Shown here: one piece after another, positions 1 through 11,730 of the stretch
How the letters are laid out: each line of letters starts with the position of its first letter
Numbering within the stretch: the first letter of the stretch is position 1
DNA from: Octopus sinensis
Taxonomy: Eukaryota
DNA length: 64,000 bases
Assembly: GCF_006345805.1 (NCBI RefSeq)
Contig: NC_043013.1
Span: 45,942,001 to 46,006,000 of the forward strand
Direction of reading: 5' to 3'
Notes under the pieces: model-generated
Told to the model about the DNA's origin: nothing
What the model saw: only the letters and a program-made list of their open reading frames with translations
Database searches by the model: none
Translations under genes and position numbers: made by a program

Positions 1-54
1 CTGTATTACGAATGTAATATGTACCTATGAATATAAGTGCATACATTTCAGTGT

Positions 55-94
55 GAATGTGTGTGTGTGTATGCGTATGTGTACATATGTGTGT

Positions 95-136
<42 letters not shown>

Positions 137-360
137 CTTTTAGCATTTTACCGGTTTTTGTCATTGTGTTGTGGTCGTACTGAATCTCCGTTTTCAATGG
201 TTATTTGTCGATCGTATCGAAACCCATTACTTACACCAGTCAAGTACATATTTTATCGATCTATCTTTTATCGAGCGAAATAGCTGTGTGTGTATGTGTG
301 TGGGTGTGCGTGCGTGCGTGCGCGTGTATGTGTGGGTCATGTGAATGTGTGCGTGTGTGA
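55..360. repeat. (TG)n-rich microsatellite
   Basis: Long TG/TGCG dinucleotide runs; the ORF 53..283 is its artefact. Confidence 0.9.
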
Positions 361-1439
361 AAAGCCTCTTCATCAACATGAAATGACAAAGCGTTAAACA
401 TAAAACGTACTTCAGCCACCAGCCGATGTGAAATATGAATTTAGATATATATATATATGCGAAAAATGTAAACTTCGTAAGGCAGAACTGTTACATCGGG
501 TGTACAAGTGGGCCACTTGACCATGTATGTGTGTACAACAAGGAGCTATCGCAACTAATTACAATATTGTGCATAAAATAAAACCAGGTAGAAAATCATT
601 AGTTTGACTGCATTATAATTTCACGCAGTATTCTACAAAACCCAGAATTTCAATGGAAGATATGCTAACAGCAAAATATAGACCAAAGGTAACGTAAAAA
701 TGCATCACAAGTAAAATATATCATGAATTCTACCAGGACTTAAGCGCTGAATGTTTTTAAAAGTCGGCGCTGACGATCTTATTAGTTAACATAATATTCC
801 CATGATACTTTGTGTCGTACTGCAAAGCGCACGGAGCGTACGGCTATTACTGCGTTCATTGCATCCCGATGATGTGGCTGAGAAAGTCTCGAAATGTTAA
901 CTGAATAACAGATTTAAGAACATTGTTCGCTTTAAACCGGTCTTAAGGCACTAATAAAGATATAGTGAAGAATCGCTAATAAAACTATATATATATAGTA
1001 TATGGGTTATTACTATTCGACAGAAAGTACTGCTGTTATCGCCTCTACATTTTTATCAGTTGTATCACACACTCATACACACACACACTCTCTCTCCTTC
1101 TCTTTCCTTCTCCCTCTCCCTCTCTTTGTTTTTTTCTCTCTCTTTCTTTCTTTCTCTCTTTTTCTCTCCCTTAGAACAAGATAAAGCTGATAGAGCTTAA
1201 TTCGAAAGAGTGTTTTTGTCTATGTAATATAGTGAGTTGAAAAACTTCGATGAAATGAAATTATCGAATCAGATAGTATACAAAACTCCCTCTGGGTGTA
1301 TTAAGTTCTAAAAGCAACAATTCAAAAGTGATAATCCAATATGATCACACACAATATATATATATATATCCTTGCAAACAAACAGAGAGGTGCAGACACA
1401 CACGCACACAGAGTTGTATATATATATATATATATTAAT

Positions 1440-1470
<31 letters not shown>

Positions 1471-1725
1471 CATACATATATATATAACATATACATATAT
1501 ATATGTTGTTGTATATGTATGTATGCGTGTGTATGTATGTCATTATTCAATTTATTTCAAAATCTCTTGCTAATAGAGAAAGAACCGGTTTCTAACCTAG
1601 ATCCAAGGCTCCTTCATTGGAATTTCAACATGTATGTATGTATGTATATATGTATGTACAGATTTGTATGTTTTATTATGTATTCTCATGCATATAGTTA
1701 CATATCTTGACATGCTCATATATAT

Positions 1726-2400
1726 TTAAATGATAAATTTTTGGAAAGTTTTACATATTTTTACAATTCCAGTGAGGGATTGGATTAGCTTTCTCTTTTC
1801 TAGTTTTGAGAAGCCTAATTTCTCAAGACTGGTATTTAGGCAGCGTGTTACATATCCCAGGGCCCCCAATAATTACAGGTATAAACCTGAACTTATAATC
1901 TAAATAGAGTGACTGCAGATTTCTCAATAGTTCAGCATAGGTGTTCTCTTTTTCACTGATCTTCAGCTTTATGTTAACATCCGCAGGACAGCTAATTTCC
2001 ACAACTGCGCACAATTTCTTTTTTCTATCCCAAATCATTATCGTAACGACATTTTCGGACAACAGCTTACGATGTGGATGATATCTTTAGTGTGAACACC
2101 ACAAAGTCTACATCGGTTGTCATATTTTACGGTTTTTCCTGCATCTCACAGAGCTTTCTACTAACATATCCATGCATAGTCTTCTGCTCAAATAGGCATA
2201 TCGTTTCATCTGATGATACGTTGCAGCTTCTTTGGGCATGTATTCTAGGTTATCAAAGAGTGTTGCTCAAGGAGCTGCCTTCCAACTCTTATGGTGTTAT
2301 CAGCCTCATGTATGCAAATTTGGTCAAGGGATGCACTTCATCACTCGGTGGTTAAAAGATGTTGCCGAAGGGATGTGATGCGACATTCAAAGGCATTTTG
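1726..2400 (-). mobile_element. Decayed, internally deleted 3' part of an RLE-clade non-LTR retrotransposon (R4/Dong-like)
   Basis: Minus-strand translation gives QKTMHGY, a CCHC knuckle CRLCGVHTKDIIHIVSCCP, then IWDRKKKLCAVVEISCPADVNIKLKISEKENTY..IPVIIG (restriction-like endonuclease) and, after a frameshift, LGYVTRCLNTSLEKLG..KTFQKFII* (stop 1728-1726). Confidence 0.8.
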
Positions 2401-3259
2401 GATCGATGTTAAGCCTCTGCTGCCTTGTTTTCGTTTTAGGTAGAAGCGTTTTAGTTAGAAACGTTTAGAAGAAGAACATACTTATGTGTGTGCTTGTATA
2501 GGAATATTGAATTAAATTTTGCAATATGTATGATACTATATCTTACTGAATATGAATGCTAATATCTTAATAGTACTTGCTATCTTAAGATATAATTAAT
2601 TAAAATACGCGTAGTTAAATATTTAAATATACTAGAAACAACTTAATTTATTATACACAGATATTAAAATAAATTTCTGTTTTAGACTCCTGAGCATGAG
2701 ATTTCAAAGTTTCATGCGTTACATTCACAATCATCAGTGACGGAAGAGAAATAATCTAATTATTATATCTATTTTCTTGCAGCGAGGTGTTGATACATTT
2801 TTCGTAAACAAGGAAGAATAGGAGAAAGAGAGAGAACGAGATTATCAGAGCAAGCAAAAATAACACCAAAAAAAAAAAGTGCGATATATACATAGAAATC
2901 TAAAATAATTGGACTCTGAAGAAATCTTGTTCAATAATAGAATGGTCTGTAAAAGGCTAACGTAATAATATAATAATAGGTTTCGGTGAAAAGTAATAGA
3001 ACTGTTTACTTGTACAGTCACTTTGTGAATTTCTCTGTATTTGTATTTATAGTAAAAAGGATAATCTTTTAACCTTTACTGTGTTTATTATTGGCCATTT
3101 CATTCACTAGACTTTACCACTCCAACTTAATGATATCTAAAGGAGATTACTATAATACCGTGTCAAATTCCAGCTGGATTAATGTGTCAGAACAATCAGT
3201 CTAGTTACTACAAGTTGTTTTTCTGAATGGTGTTTCGAATAATTCCTTGTTCTGCTCTT

Positions 3260-3440
3260 ATTTTACTGCCTCTCTTTCTTTCCTTTTTTTTCCTTCTTTC
3301 TTTCTTTCTTTCTTTTTTCTTCCTTTTATTTTCTCTTTCTCGCTTTCTATTTCCCTTTCCATTTCTTTCTCTCGTCACACTTTTATTCGCTTTCAGAAAA
3401 GAAAGTTTCTGATTTTGATGGCATAAAAAATCTCTCATTC

Positions 3441-3484
<44 letters not shown>

Positions 3485-3532
3485 TTTCTCTTTTCTCTTT
3501 CTGTGTGTGTGTGTGGGTGTGTGTGTATCTGT

Positions 3533-3584
<52 letters not shown>

Positions 3585-3625
3585 GCGTCTCTCTCTCTCT
3601 CTCTCTTTTTCTCTCTCGTTCTCCT
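3260..3625. repeat. Compound (CTTT)/(TG)/(CT) microsatellite
   Basis: Directly visible. Confidence 0.9.
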
Positions 3626-4289
3626 AATTCAATTCTTAAACCATGGTATTATTTTCTTCCCCGACCACATACCGAAAATAAAACTATAATAAAACCACGT
3701 GAGTCTGATTAAATCAGCTGAAACGACACAACTATTTCAAAGACAGGATGTAATTTTCACTTAAAGAAATTGCGTACGGAACATTTAAGATGCACAACAT
3801 GATAAAGCCGCAAACACGTGACGGTTTAAGCTTAAACATGTAGGATTCCTCATCTTCTGTAATACGACTGTAATTTAAGGTTTTGTTTGGTTCCACTCAC
3901 AGTCAATAATTCTTTCCACAAACATTACGGATAAACCATAAAATCCAAGGAAACTGGAGGTAGTCTTTGTTGGTGGGAATTAATCAATAAGAGAATTCTG
4001 TGGAAGCGCTCAGTGAGTTGGTTGACTATGAGGAATGAAATAACGTTTCGGTTATTTGATCCTCTTCAGAGAGGGATTATGTGCAAGAGCTCACCTTGAC
4101 TTCAAGACTACAGAAAGATAGCTTTCTATACCCTAAACTAACTAGTAAATATTACTACCGCTACACTTTGAAATGAGGTGAAATGATAAAGTCAAATCCT
4201 TCCAATGTCTGCGTTTCCTCACCTTCTTTCATCATCACCACCATCATCATCATCATCATCATCAATATCCTCATCTTCATCATCAGCAG

Positions 4290-4760
4290 CCCCTGGGTAT
4301 TACTGTCGTGAGGCCTTGGACTCGAAAGGATTTGAGAAAAACAAAGCTGACCTCAGAGATTTGAACCAAGAGAGTGGAGATTTTGTGGTGCATGCGGGAG
4401 ATTTGAAATAAGGACACCTACCTTCTCTTCGTCGACGCAGACCACTCCAGCGGTAATGCACCTTTCCACGTGGCCCGACCCTAACGCTAAAAATAGCAGT
4501 TGCTTTTCCCCTACCTTGACAAAGCGCTCACACGTCCAGCTCTGTCGGCTACTCCGATCGAAAAGGCCCAGTGCTCTCCTACCTGCGTGCACGTCACTCT
4601 TGCCCCTTCCTCTTCCGGTCAGCCCCAAGTTCCGGTCAGCTCCCCAGCTGCTGACGTCATTCCACAGATTTGGAATAAATACTTCAACTATCTGATGACT
4701 TCCCTCCTTTCGGAATCCATAAAATAAAGCACCAACCCGTGTCAAATTGGCAGAATCGTT
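4290..4760. promoter_or_regulatory. CpG/GC-rich promoter-like island
   Basis: Locally GC- and CpG-rich. Two TTCCGG (ETS-type CCGGAA on minus) at 4613 and 4630 in a 17-bp direct repeat, a perfect CRE TGACGTCA at 4652-4659, CACGTG near 4467, and minus-strand donor-like AAG|GTAGGT (exon end 4422). Confidence 0.45.
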
Positions 4761-6049
4761 CAAGCATCAGATGAGATGAGATTACTTGCGGTATCAGTTC
4801 TGGTTCTGGTTCTGGTTCTGGTTCTTTTTGTTCTTTAAAGCAACACATGAGAAGACAATGGTGCTCAGCTGCATCGGCCCTTCTCTTTTATCGGACAACA
4901 GCCGCAGGATAGAAGAGGGGCGATTCGCATGCATAAGCAACTGTTTGTCTTCCGTAAACAAAAAAAGAACTAACCCGGGCCTGAGCCTTCCAAAAGAAAT
5001 TTTCCAAGAGAAGACTCATAGTCTCTCGAGACATACTGGTGCCCTAGAATCTCTGGATGCACATCAGACACAACACACGGAAGCCAGTTTTTTGTTTGCT
5101 TGTTTGTTTGTTTTTTGTTTTGTTTTTTTTTTTAAGACCGTCCTGTGACATAAATGTCATCTTTCCCTTTCTCTCCTCGGAGCAAGCACCTTTATTTCAG
5201 ACTCTTATATTTCCTCATGAATTGTTTATTACCACCGTAGATCCTTCTCTAATCTCTCTGATTCTTGATTTAAAATATTAAACAACTCAAATTCTGGAAA
5301 TAAAAAGAAGACATAACACAGATCTTTCTGGAATTACGTGACGTTGCTGCCATGTCAAACTGTCGTATGTCCAAATTTGGCCAAGTGCGTTTTTTTTCTT
5401 TTTTCCAGTATTTATTTTTGCTTGTAATAGCCGGTTCTTTTGGTCAATCTACGTATCTCCAGCTACTTCAAATGTTAAGATATCAAAAATTGTCAAAGTG
5501 TAGTACAAAGGTTTTGCTATAGAATGGTGAAAATATTTTTTCGTTTTCTGAAAAAGCAACGTTTTGGACTTACGACAATTTTGCAAAATAGCAACGAATA
5601 CTGAAATTCAATATCACTACAAAGACTTTTTGTTTAACCCCAATTGAACCTTAATCTAGTAGACCTAAAATCAAACACATACTAGCTCTGAACATCCCTG
5701 AACATCCCTTTCTTTTTTCTTCTTTTTCCCAGAAATAGTGAACCCCAGGACTATAGTAGCTAATGTGCCTTTTAGGGTGTAGTTTGTGGTTAATTTGATT
5801 GCTATCTCTAGCAGGTCGAGCGAATGCGTAAGAGGCACCGTAGTGAGATCGACAATAATGAGCAAAACAGCTCTTCGCGAGTCGCCCCATGATCTACCCA
5901 CGACCTATTCTTATTTGTCTCTATGCCCTTCGAAAATATATGCAAATAGTAACTTCTTATCCTGCCTCATTTCCGCATAAAGAATCTAAGACGCCATTCC
6001 ACTGTAACGAGCAATTATCTTCCAAGGAATTATAACTCCACCTAGACCC

Positions 6050-6077
6050 AGGTCAAAGGTCATGAACTGATAGTTCA
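6050..6077 (+). promoter_or_regulatory. Cluster of four nuclear-receptor half-sites
   Basis: AGGTCA-A-AGGTCA-TGAACT-GAT-AGTTCA, forming DR1, IR0 and ER3 pairs. Confidence 0.4.
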
Positions 6078-6214
6078 CGGCGGTCGATAACTGATGTAGG
6101 ACAAATAAGATATAGTGTTCAATCAGGAAGAAATTAATCTATCCCTACCGTCTTTCAGCATTGCTCGCCCTCTCTAATTATACCTCATTTCTTTCTTTCC
6201 TTGCTTTCTCACAT

Positions 6215-6226
6215 CTCTCCCATCCC

Positions 6227-6298
<72 letters not shown>

Positions 6299-6678
6299 CC
6301 TTTTCACTCTCCTGCTCTCATATCATTCACACTCGATCTCTCTCCTTTTTTTCACATCATTCTATCTCTATCTTTCTCATTCACTCATGAATTCTTTCTC
6401 TAATTCTCCCAGTCTCAATGATTATGTTTCTCTTTACTTTCTCTCACTAAAGTTCTCTCTCCCCCCTCTCCCTCTCTCTCTCTATCTATCTATCTATTTA
6501 TCCATCTATCTATCCATCTATCTATCAATATATCTATATATCTATCCCTCTATCGCTCTATCTATCTATCCCTCTATCCCTCTATCTATTTATCTATCTA
6601 TCTATATATCTATCTATCTATCTATCCCTCTATCCCTCTATCTATCTATCTATCTATCTATCTATCCATCTATCCCTG

Positions 6679-6729
<51 letters not shown>

Positions 6730-6770
6730 TCCTCTATCTCTCTATCCCTCTATCTATCTAGTTAGCTCTC
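6215..6770. repeat. (CT)n and (TCTA)n microsatellites
   Basis: Directly visible. Confidence 0.95.
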
Positions 6771-6836
6771 TCTAAGTCAATCCATCCCATTCTAATTTTC
6801 TATCTCAACACAGAATTGTCTACTCATCTTCATAAT

Positions 6837-7046
6837 TGGCAGAATCATATGAGTTTCAGAATAAACACTTTGAGGTATTTCTTCTGACTGTCTAGGTTCT
6901 GAGTTCAAATCCCGCTGATAGCAGCTTTGCATTTCAGCCTTCTGGAGTCGATATAAAATAAAGTACCAGTCAAATACGGAGATCGATTTCATCGACCAAC
7001 TCCCTTCCCTAAAAAATTGTTTGCTTTGTGCTTAAATTGCAAATAA
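6837..7046 (+). mobile_element. SINE family A, diverged copy
   Basis: GGCAGAATC..GTTCTGAGTTCAAATCCCG (B box)..GTCGAT..AAGTACCAG, homologous to the 8.7 kb and 61.1 kb copies. Confidence 0.75.
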
Positions 7047-7106
7047 TTAATACGATTAGGATAAACCACTCCCCAGACAGTTTTCTGCTAATCATCATCA
7101 CGCACG

Positions 7107-7148
<42 letters not shown>

Positions 7149-7152
7149 TACA

Positions 7153-7189
<37 letters not shown>

Positions 7190-7190
<1 letters not shown>

Positions 7191-7400
7191 AAAATGTGAC
7201 CTCGTGTGTACCGTTGGCGATTTTGTTTCCTCTGTCTTGTCTTCCTTTCTCTGGATCTTTCCTTTTCCCATGTTTCCGACGAAGAGCTCCGCTCGAAACG
7301 TTAAACCCTCCTTCTTTCCTTCTTTCCTGAGCGTCCAATAATACTATATTTGTTCCGCGTCCTCGCGTTGTTTTGTTTTTTTTGTGTTTCTTGTTTGTGT
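7190..7400 (+). mobile_element. Penelope-like non-coding repeat with a minimal hammerhead-like motif (7272-7306)
   Basis: GTTT-CCGACGA-A-GAGC TCC GCTC-GAAACG-TT-AAAC; stems I and II pair, core U4 is replaced by C. Confidence 0.5.
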
Positions 7401-7606
7401 TTTGTGTTTTCTATGTATATATATATATATATAGTTGAAAATCGAAGACTGGGTCTTGCAAGCATTCTATAAATTGCTCTTCATCTTCCCCACGTTACGA
7501 GAGCAATGAATCCCTGAAAACTTTTTCCCATTGATTTTCACGTTATGAAATGCTAACGTGTTCCGACGGTTATTTTCAAAATAATAATAATAATAATAAT
7601 AATAAT

Positions 7607-8142
7607 AGTACCAGGTAGTGGCTCTCATGGCTTCTGATCTTAACTGATTGGAAGTGTTATCATCTACATTGTTTTGTCTTGGTATAAAAGATGGGCTACA
7701 GCAAATATTCTGCTCAATACCACAGATTTGCTTGTCAGTTGTTTGACCTTAACCAGTTGAGCATGTCCCTTAGTGGCTGACGATATGTGCATCTCTGACC
7801 ACGAGCAGAAGTAGTGGGGGAGCATCATAGCCATGTGTTGAGAGAATAATTTGAATAATTCACCTTTAGAAACATGGGTGTTTCGTTCAACATCCTAAAG
7901 CAACCCTTATTCAGGGACCTTTTGAGCGGAATGGGCTACTCAACCAGAAGAAAATTCTAACTGGGCCCCACCTGCAAGGTCATGTGCTGTTTATCTTTTT
8001 ATGAGATCACCATGTCGCGCACATATGGTTGTGATGCATGTGCCTGGTGTACCCTTATCAGACGGGTAGTCATGATGGGTATATTGGGCTTCGTATATTT
8101 TACCCCAGTGTCACTTTGATGGCATGAACTGCTCTCTCACTC
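7607..8142 (+). mobile_element. Dispersed repeat flanked by (AAT)n, probably the 3' portion of a TAA-targeting retroelement
   Basis: (AAT)n on the left and AATAATAA on the right; the last ~60 bp recur at 33779-33838, also inside (AAT)n. Confidence 0.6.
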
Positions 8143-8399
8143 AATAATAAATGAACCAACGCGACCACTTTTACGCATGAAAATTACAATTTCTAAACAT
8201 ACTCTGTAAAATATATATTCATAAAAATAAACACACTTGAAGTTAGATACTTTAGAGAATAAATAAGAATTGTAATATCGTAGTAGAGTACGTACTTACC
8301 ACAAAAGATATTGACTATTGAGGGTGGTGGTAGATTGGTTATTACTAGGGGGGAGGTGAAATACATTATCTCTTATTTTATGGTTTATTATCAGCAACA

Positions 8400-10060
8400 T
8401 TTACTAGAGAAGTGAAGAACTTATCGAAATTATTTGATGTTTATGATGCATTAGCTCTTTCTGAAGCTCAGTGGAGGAACTGAAATCGTTGTAAACTCCT
8501 CCTGTAATTTTTATGTTATGTTCAAGATTATGGTTGTTATAAGCAAAAACTTGCAGCTTTCCCTCTATGAGTACCAACCCTTTAACAATATTCTATGCAG
8601 TCGACTTAAGTGTGATTGTTTGAATATCCGTATTCTCATCTGTATTGGCAGCTTGCTTTTGTTCTGACAGCATCAGTTTCCTTGTTGGATAAACTTTCTT
8701 AAGGCGGCGGGCTGGCAGAAACGTATTTCGTCTGCCGTTCCGTTCTGAGTTCAAATTCCGCCGAGGTCGACTTTGCTTTTCATCCTTTCGGGGTCGATAA
8801 ACTAAGTACCAGTTACGCACTGGGGTCGATGTAATCGACCTTAATCCGTTTGTCTGTCCTTGTTTGTCCTCTCTGTGTTTAGCCCCTTGTGGGTAGTAAA
8901 GAACTAGGCATTTCGTCTGCCGCTACGTTCTAAGTTCAAATTCCGCCGAGGTCGACTTTACCTTTCATCCTTTCGCGATCGATAAACTAAGTACCAGTTA
9001 TGCACTGGGGTCGATATAATCGACTTAATTCGTTTGTCTGTCCTTGTTTGTCCTCTCTGTGTTTAGCCCCTTGTGGGTAGTAAAGAAATAGGTATTTCGT
9101 CTGCCGCTACGTTCTGAGTTCAAATTCTGCCGAGGTCGACTTTGCCTTTCATCCTTTCGGGGTCGATTAAATAAGTACCAGTTACGCACTGAGGTCGATA
9201 TAATCGACTTAATCCGTTTGTCTGTCCTCCTCTCTGTGTTTAGCCCCTTGTGGGTAGTAAAGAAATATGTATTTCGTCTGTCTTTACGTTCTGAGTTCAA
9301 ATTCCGCCGAGGTCGACTTTGCCTTTCATCCTTTCGGGGTCGATAAATTAAGTACCAGTTGTGTACTTGGGTCGATCTAATCGACTGGCCCTTTCCCCCA
9401 AAATTTCGGGCCTTGTGCCTAGAGTAGAAAAGGATAAACTTTCTTTATTGGACACCAGCAAATCATTCGCATCATTTTCTATGACTTCTTCAAACCCTGC
9501 ATCATTCGCAAGTGTCACAACATCTTTACGAATTTGAAGTAGATTTTTCTGCTTGTAGTAAACTTGTAAAATCAAAGATGCACTCTTGCCATATATTTTT
9601 TGAGTCATGCATCCGAGTGACATTTTGTTTTAAGCATTACATTAGACCAAAGATGAAATAAGGCCTGAGCAGTCGACGAAGAAACTTCTTGAGCTCTTAA
9701 CTTCTTTCTATGGTATATATGGTTTTTACTGTAAACGTTGCAATCTTTGGTGTTTTGGTAATGTTGTTGGGGTTTTTTCCCTCGCTTCAAGCCTTTTCAA
9801 GATATCGAGTTTAATATCCCGTGTAATCCGTTTATGGTTCCTTTTTGCACAACTAATTTTTAGTTCCACTCAATAGCTTCTTTCCAGACATCGCGAATTG
9901 TAGGTAAATCCAACAGCCGAAGTGATCAACAGTTATCCATAAAAAGTAGCTCCAGGAAAGAACTACTTTGTAAGAGTAAAAATTGTTGTCTTATTCTTAT
10001 GTAATAATGGAAATGAGAATGTGAACAGGTAAAGACATGAGGTGGGATGCAGCACTGTAT
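8400..10060 (-). mobile_element. Internally deleted Tigger/pogo-like transposase remnant split by the SINE array
   Basis: CENP-B-type HTH start HKRITRDIKLDILKRLEARE (~9850-9790); C-terminal IRKDVVTLANDAGFEEVIENDANDLLVSNKESLS continuing past the SINE TSD into ..KGLVLIEGKLQVFAYNNHNLEHNIKI..; possible TA-CAGTG end near 10058. Confidence 0.65.
8701..9431 (+). mobile_element. SINE family A tetramer with a 14-bp TSD
   Basis: tRNA-like head GGCGGCGGGCTGGCAGAAAC, core units starting at 8724, 8909, 9093 and 9270; TSD GGATAAACTTTCTT at 8687-8700 and 9432-9445. Confidence 0.92.
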
Positions 10061-10157
10061 AATTACAGTTAATGGATACGTAACCAGGTTAATAGACACT
10101 TCACCACTTGCGCCTCTGACTTGAGCCATAAAAATTCCATGCTCCACACACACACGT

Positions 10158-10208
<51 letters not shown>

Positions 10209-11029
10209 CACACACATACACACACACAAACACATACCTACACACACCACGCATCCCATTGTGTTGACATATAACATATGTAGCTACAGGCATTGCTCTG
10301 ATGCTAATGTTGTTGTCACTTACTACTTCAAAAGTCAGTGGGTTGGCAGTGGTGGTGGGGTGGTGTTTGCATTGTTTTTTGTGTTGATGGGTGACACTAG
10401 GAATAATTGTTGATGAAGGTGTTCTTGTTAAATGTATTGATCTTACTATTTAGTTTCGATGAAATCCTCATTGACCAAAGATCAGAAACATTTCATTCAA
10501 CATTTAAAATACCACATTATCTCACGTGATTGTCTTTTTTTTTTCGGGTAGAGTTGCTTATCTTGTCCATACTATTGTTGCTATTATCGTTGAAGAGCTG
10601 CTAGGATTGTATAGGTGATGGCTGCATTGGTTTGGATTGATGCTGGTTCGTTTTAGTGTTGATGATATATAGTGAAGGTCGATTTATAGATAGACAGACA
10701 GGCAGGCAGGCAGACAGACAGACAAAGATACTCATTGTGATCTCCGGCGAAAAATTACTGTAAACTTTGGTCCGAAAGATAGACTAGTCAATCATGCGCT
10801 TGTGCTTTGATCACGAATACAAACAGGAACTCTTGTATCTTTATCAAGATAATGCGTTTGTGATTTCTAAGTTATGCTCCTCATCCGTTAGTTACAAGCA
10901 AAAAGGCCATTCAAGATAGCGTTCCTCATAACACCTTTTCAAATTGCGCCATTCCAGCAATTCGAATTTTTGCCAAATCTGGCATTGAGATTTTTTTTTT
11001 CTTTTTGCCAGACGCAGACGCATCAGAGA

Positions 11030-11248
11030 TACTCTTTTTACTCTTTTACTTGTTTCAGTCATTTGACTGCGGCCATGCAGGAGCACCGCCTTTAGTCGAG
11101 CAAATCGATGCCAGGACTTATCTTTTGTAAGCCTAGTACTTATTTTATCGGTCTGTTATGCCGAACCGCTAAGTTACGGGGAAGTAAACACACCAACATC
11201 GAGTGTCAAGCGATGTTGGGGGACAAACATACACACACACACACACAC

Positions 11249-11307
<59 letters not shown>

Positions 11308-11432
11308 GACGGGATTCTTTCAGTTTCCGTCAACCAAATCCACTCACAAGGCTTTGGTCGGTCCGAGGCTATAGTAGAAGACACTTGCCCGAGGTGCCAC
11401 GCAGTGGGACTGAACCCGGAACCATGTGGTTA
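11030..11432 (-). mobile_element. SINE family B (tRNA head, CCTTGGGCAAGT CORE-like box, internal TA/TG microsatellite), 5'-truncated
   Basis: Reverse complement of the 17855, 23910 and 48493 copies. Confidence 0.9.
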
Positions 11433-11730
11433 GTGGCGTAAATTTCTTCTTTAAATATTGTCTGTGCTTCCATTTATAGGCACATAAACACTGATGACTG
11501 TCAAGAAAATTAAACGTAGTCTTCGAGCTTTCACTGATGGCTGTAGATGGTTAATGGAACGAATCAAGCAGATCGTTACGGACCATAATGACTACTTCGT
11601 GTAGGCATCGGAGTTCACTTGTTTTTCTTCTAAAAGAGAGAATATATCTGTCGCAGTGTTTCTTCAGATGTCTCTTATGAACTAGTCCTGTTGTGCTAAA
11701 GGCTGCAATATAAATATCAAAAGGTGTGAA

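Noticed and set aside
2680-2750. CTGATGA..GAAAC hammerhead-like motif (minus)
   Set aside because: The closing pair of stem II is U-U and no stem I forms.
4040-4075. CTGAAGA..CCGAAACG motif (minus)
   Set aside because: Stem I cannot pair and stem II is weak; at best a decayed Penelope-type end.
4353-5148. ORFs 4353..4763 (-) and 4786..5148 (+) as genes
   Set aside because: No homology recognised; ORFs of this length are expected in locally GC-rich DNA.
8294-8300. Minus-strand GTAAGT splice donor
   Set aside because: Upstream frames contain stops and belong to the Tigger remnant.
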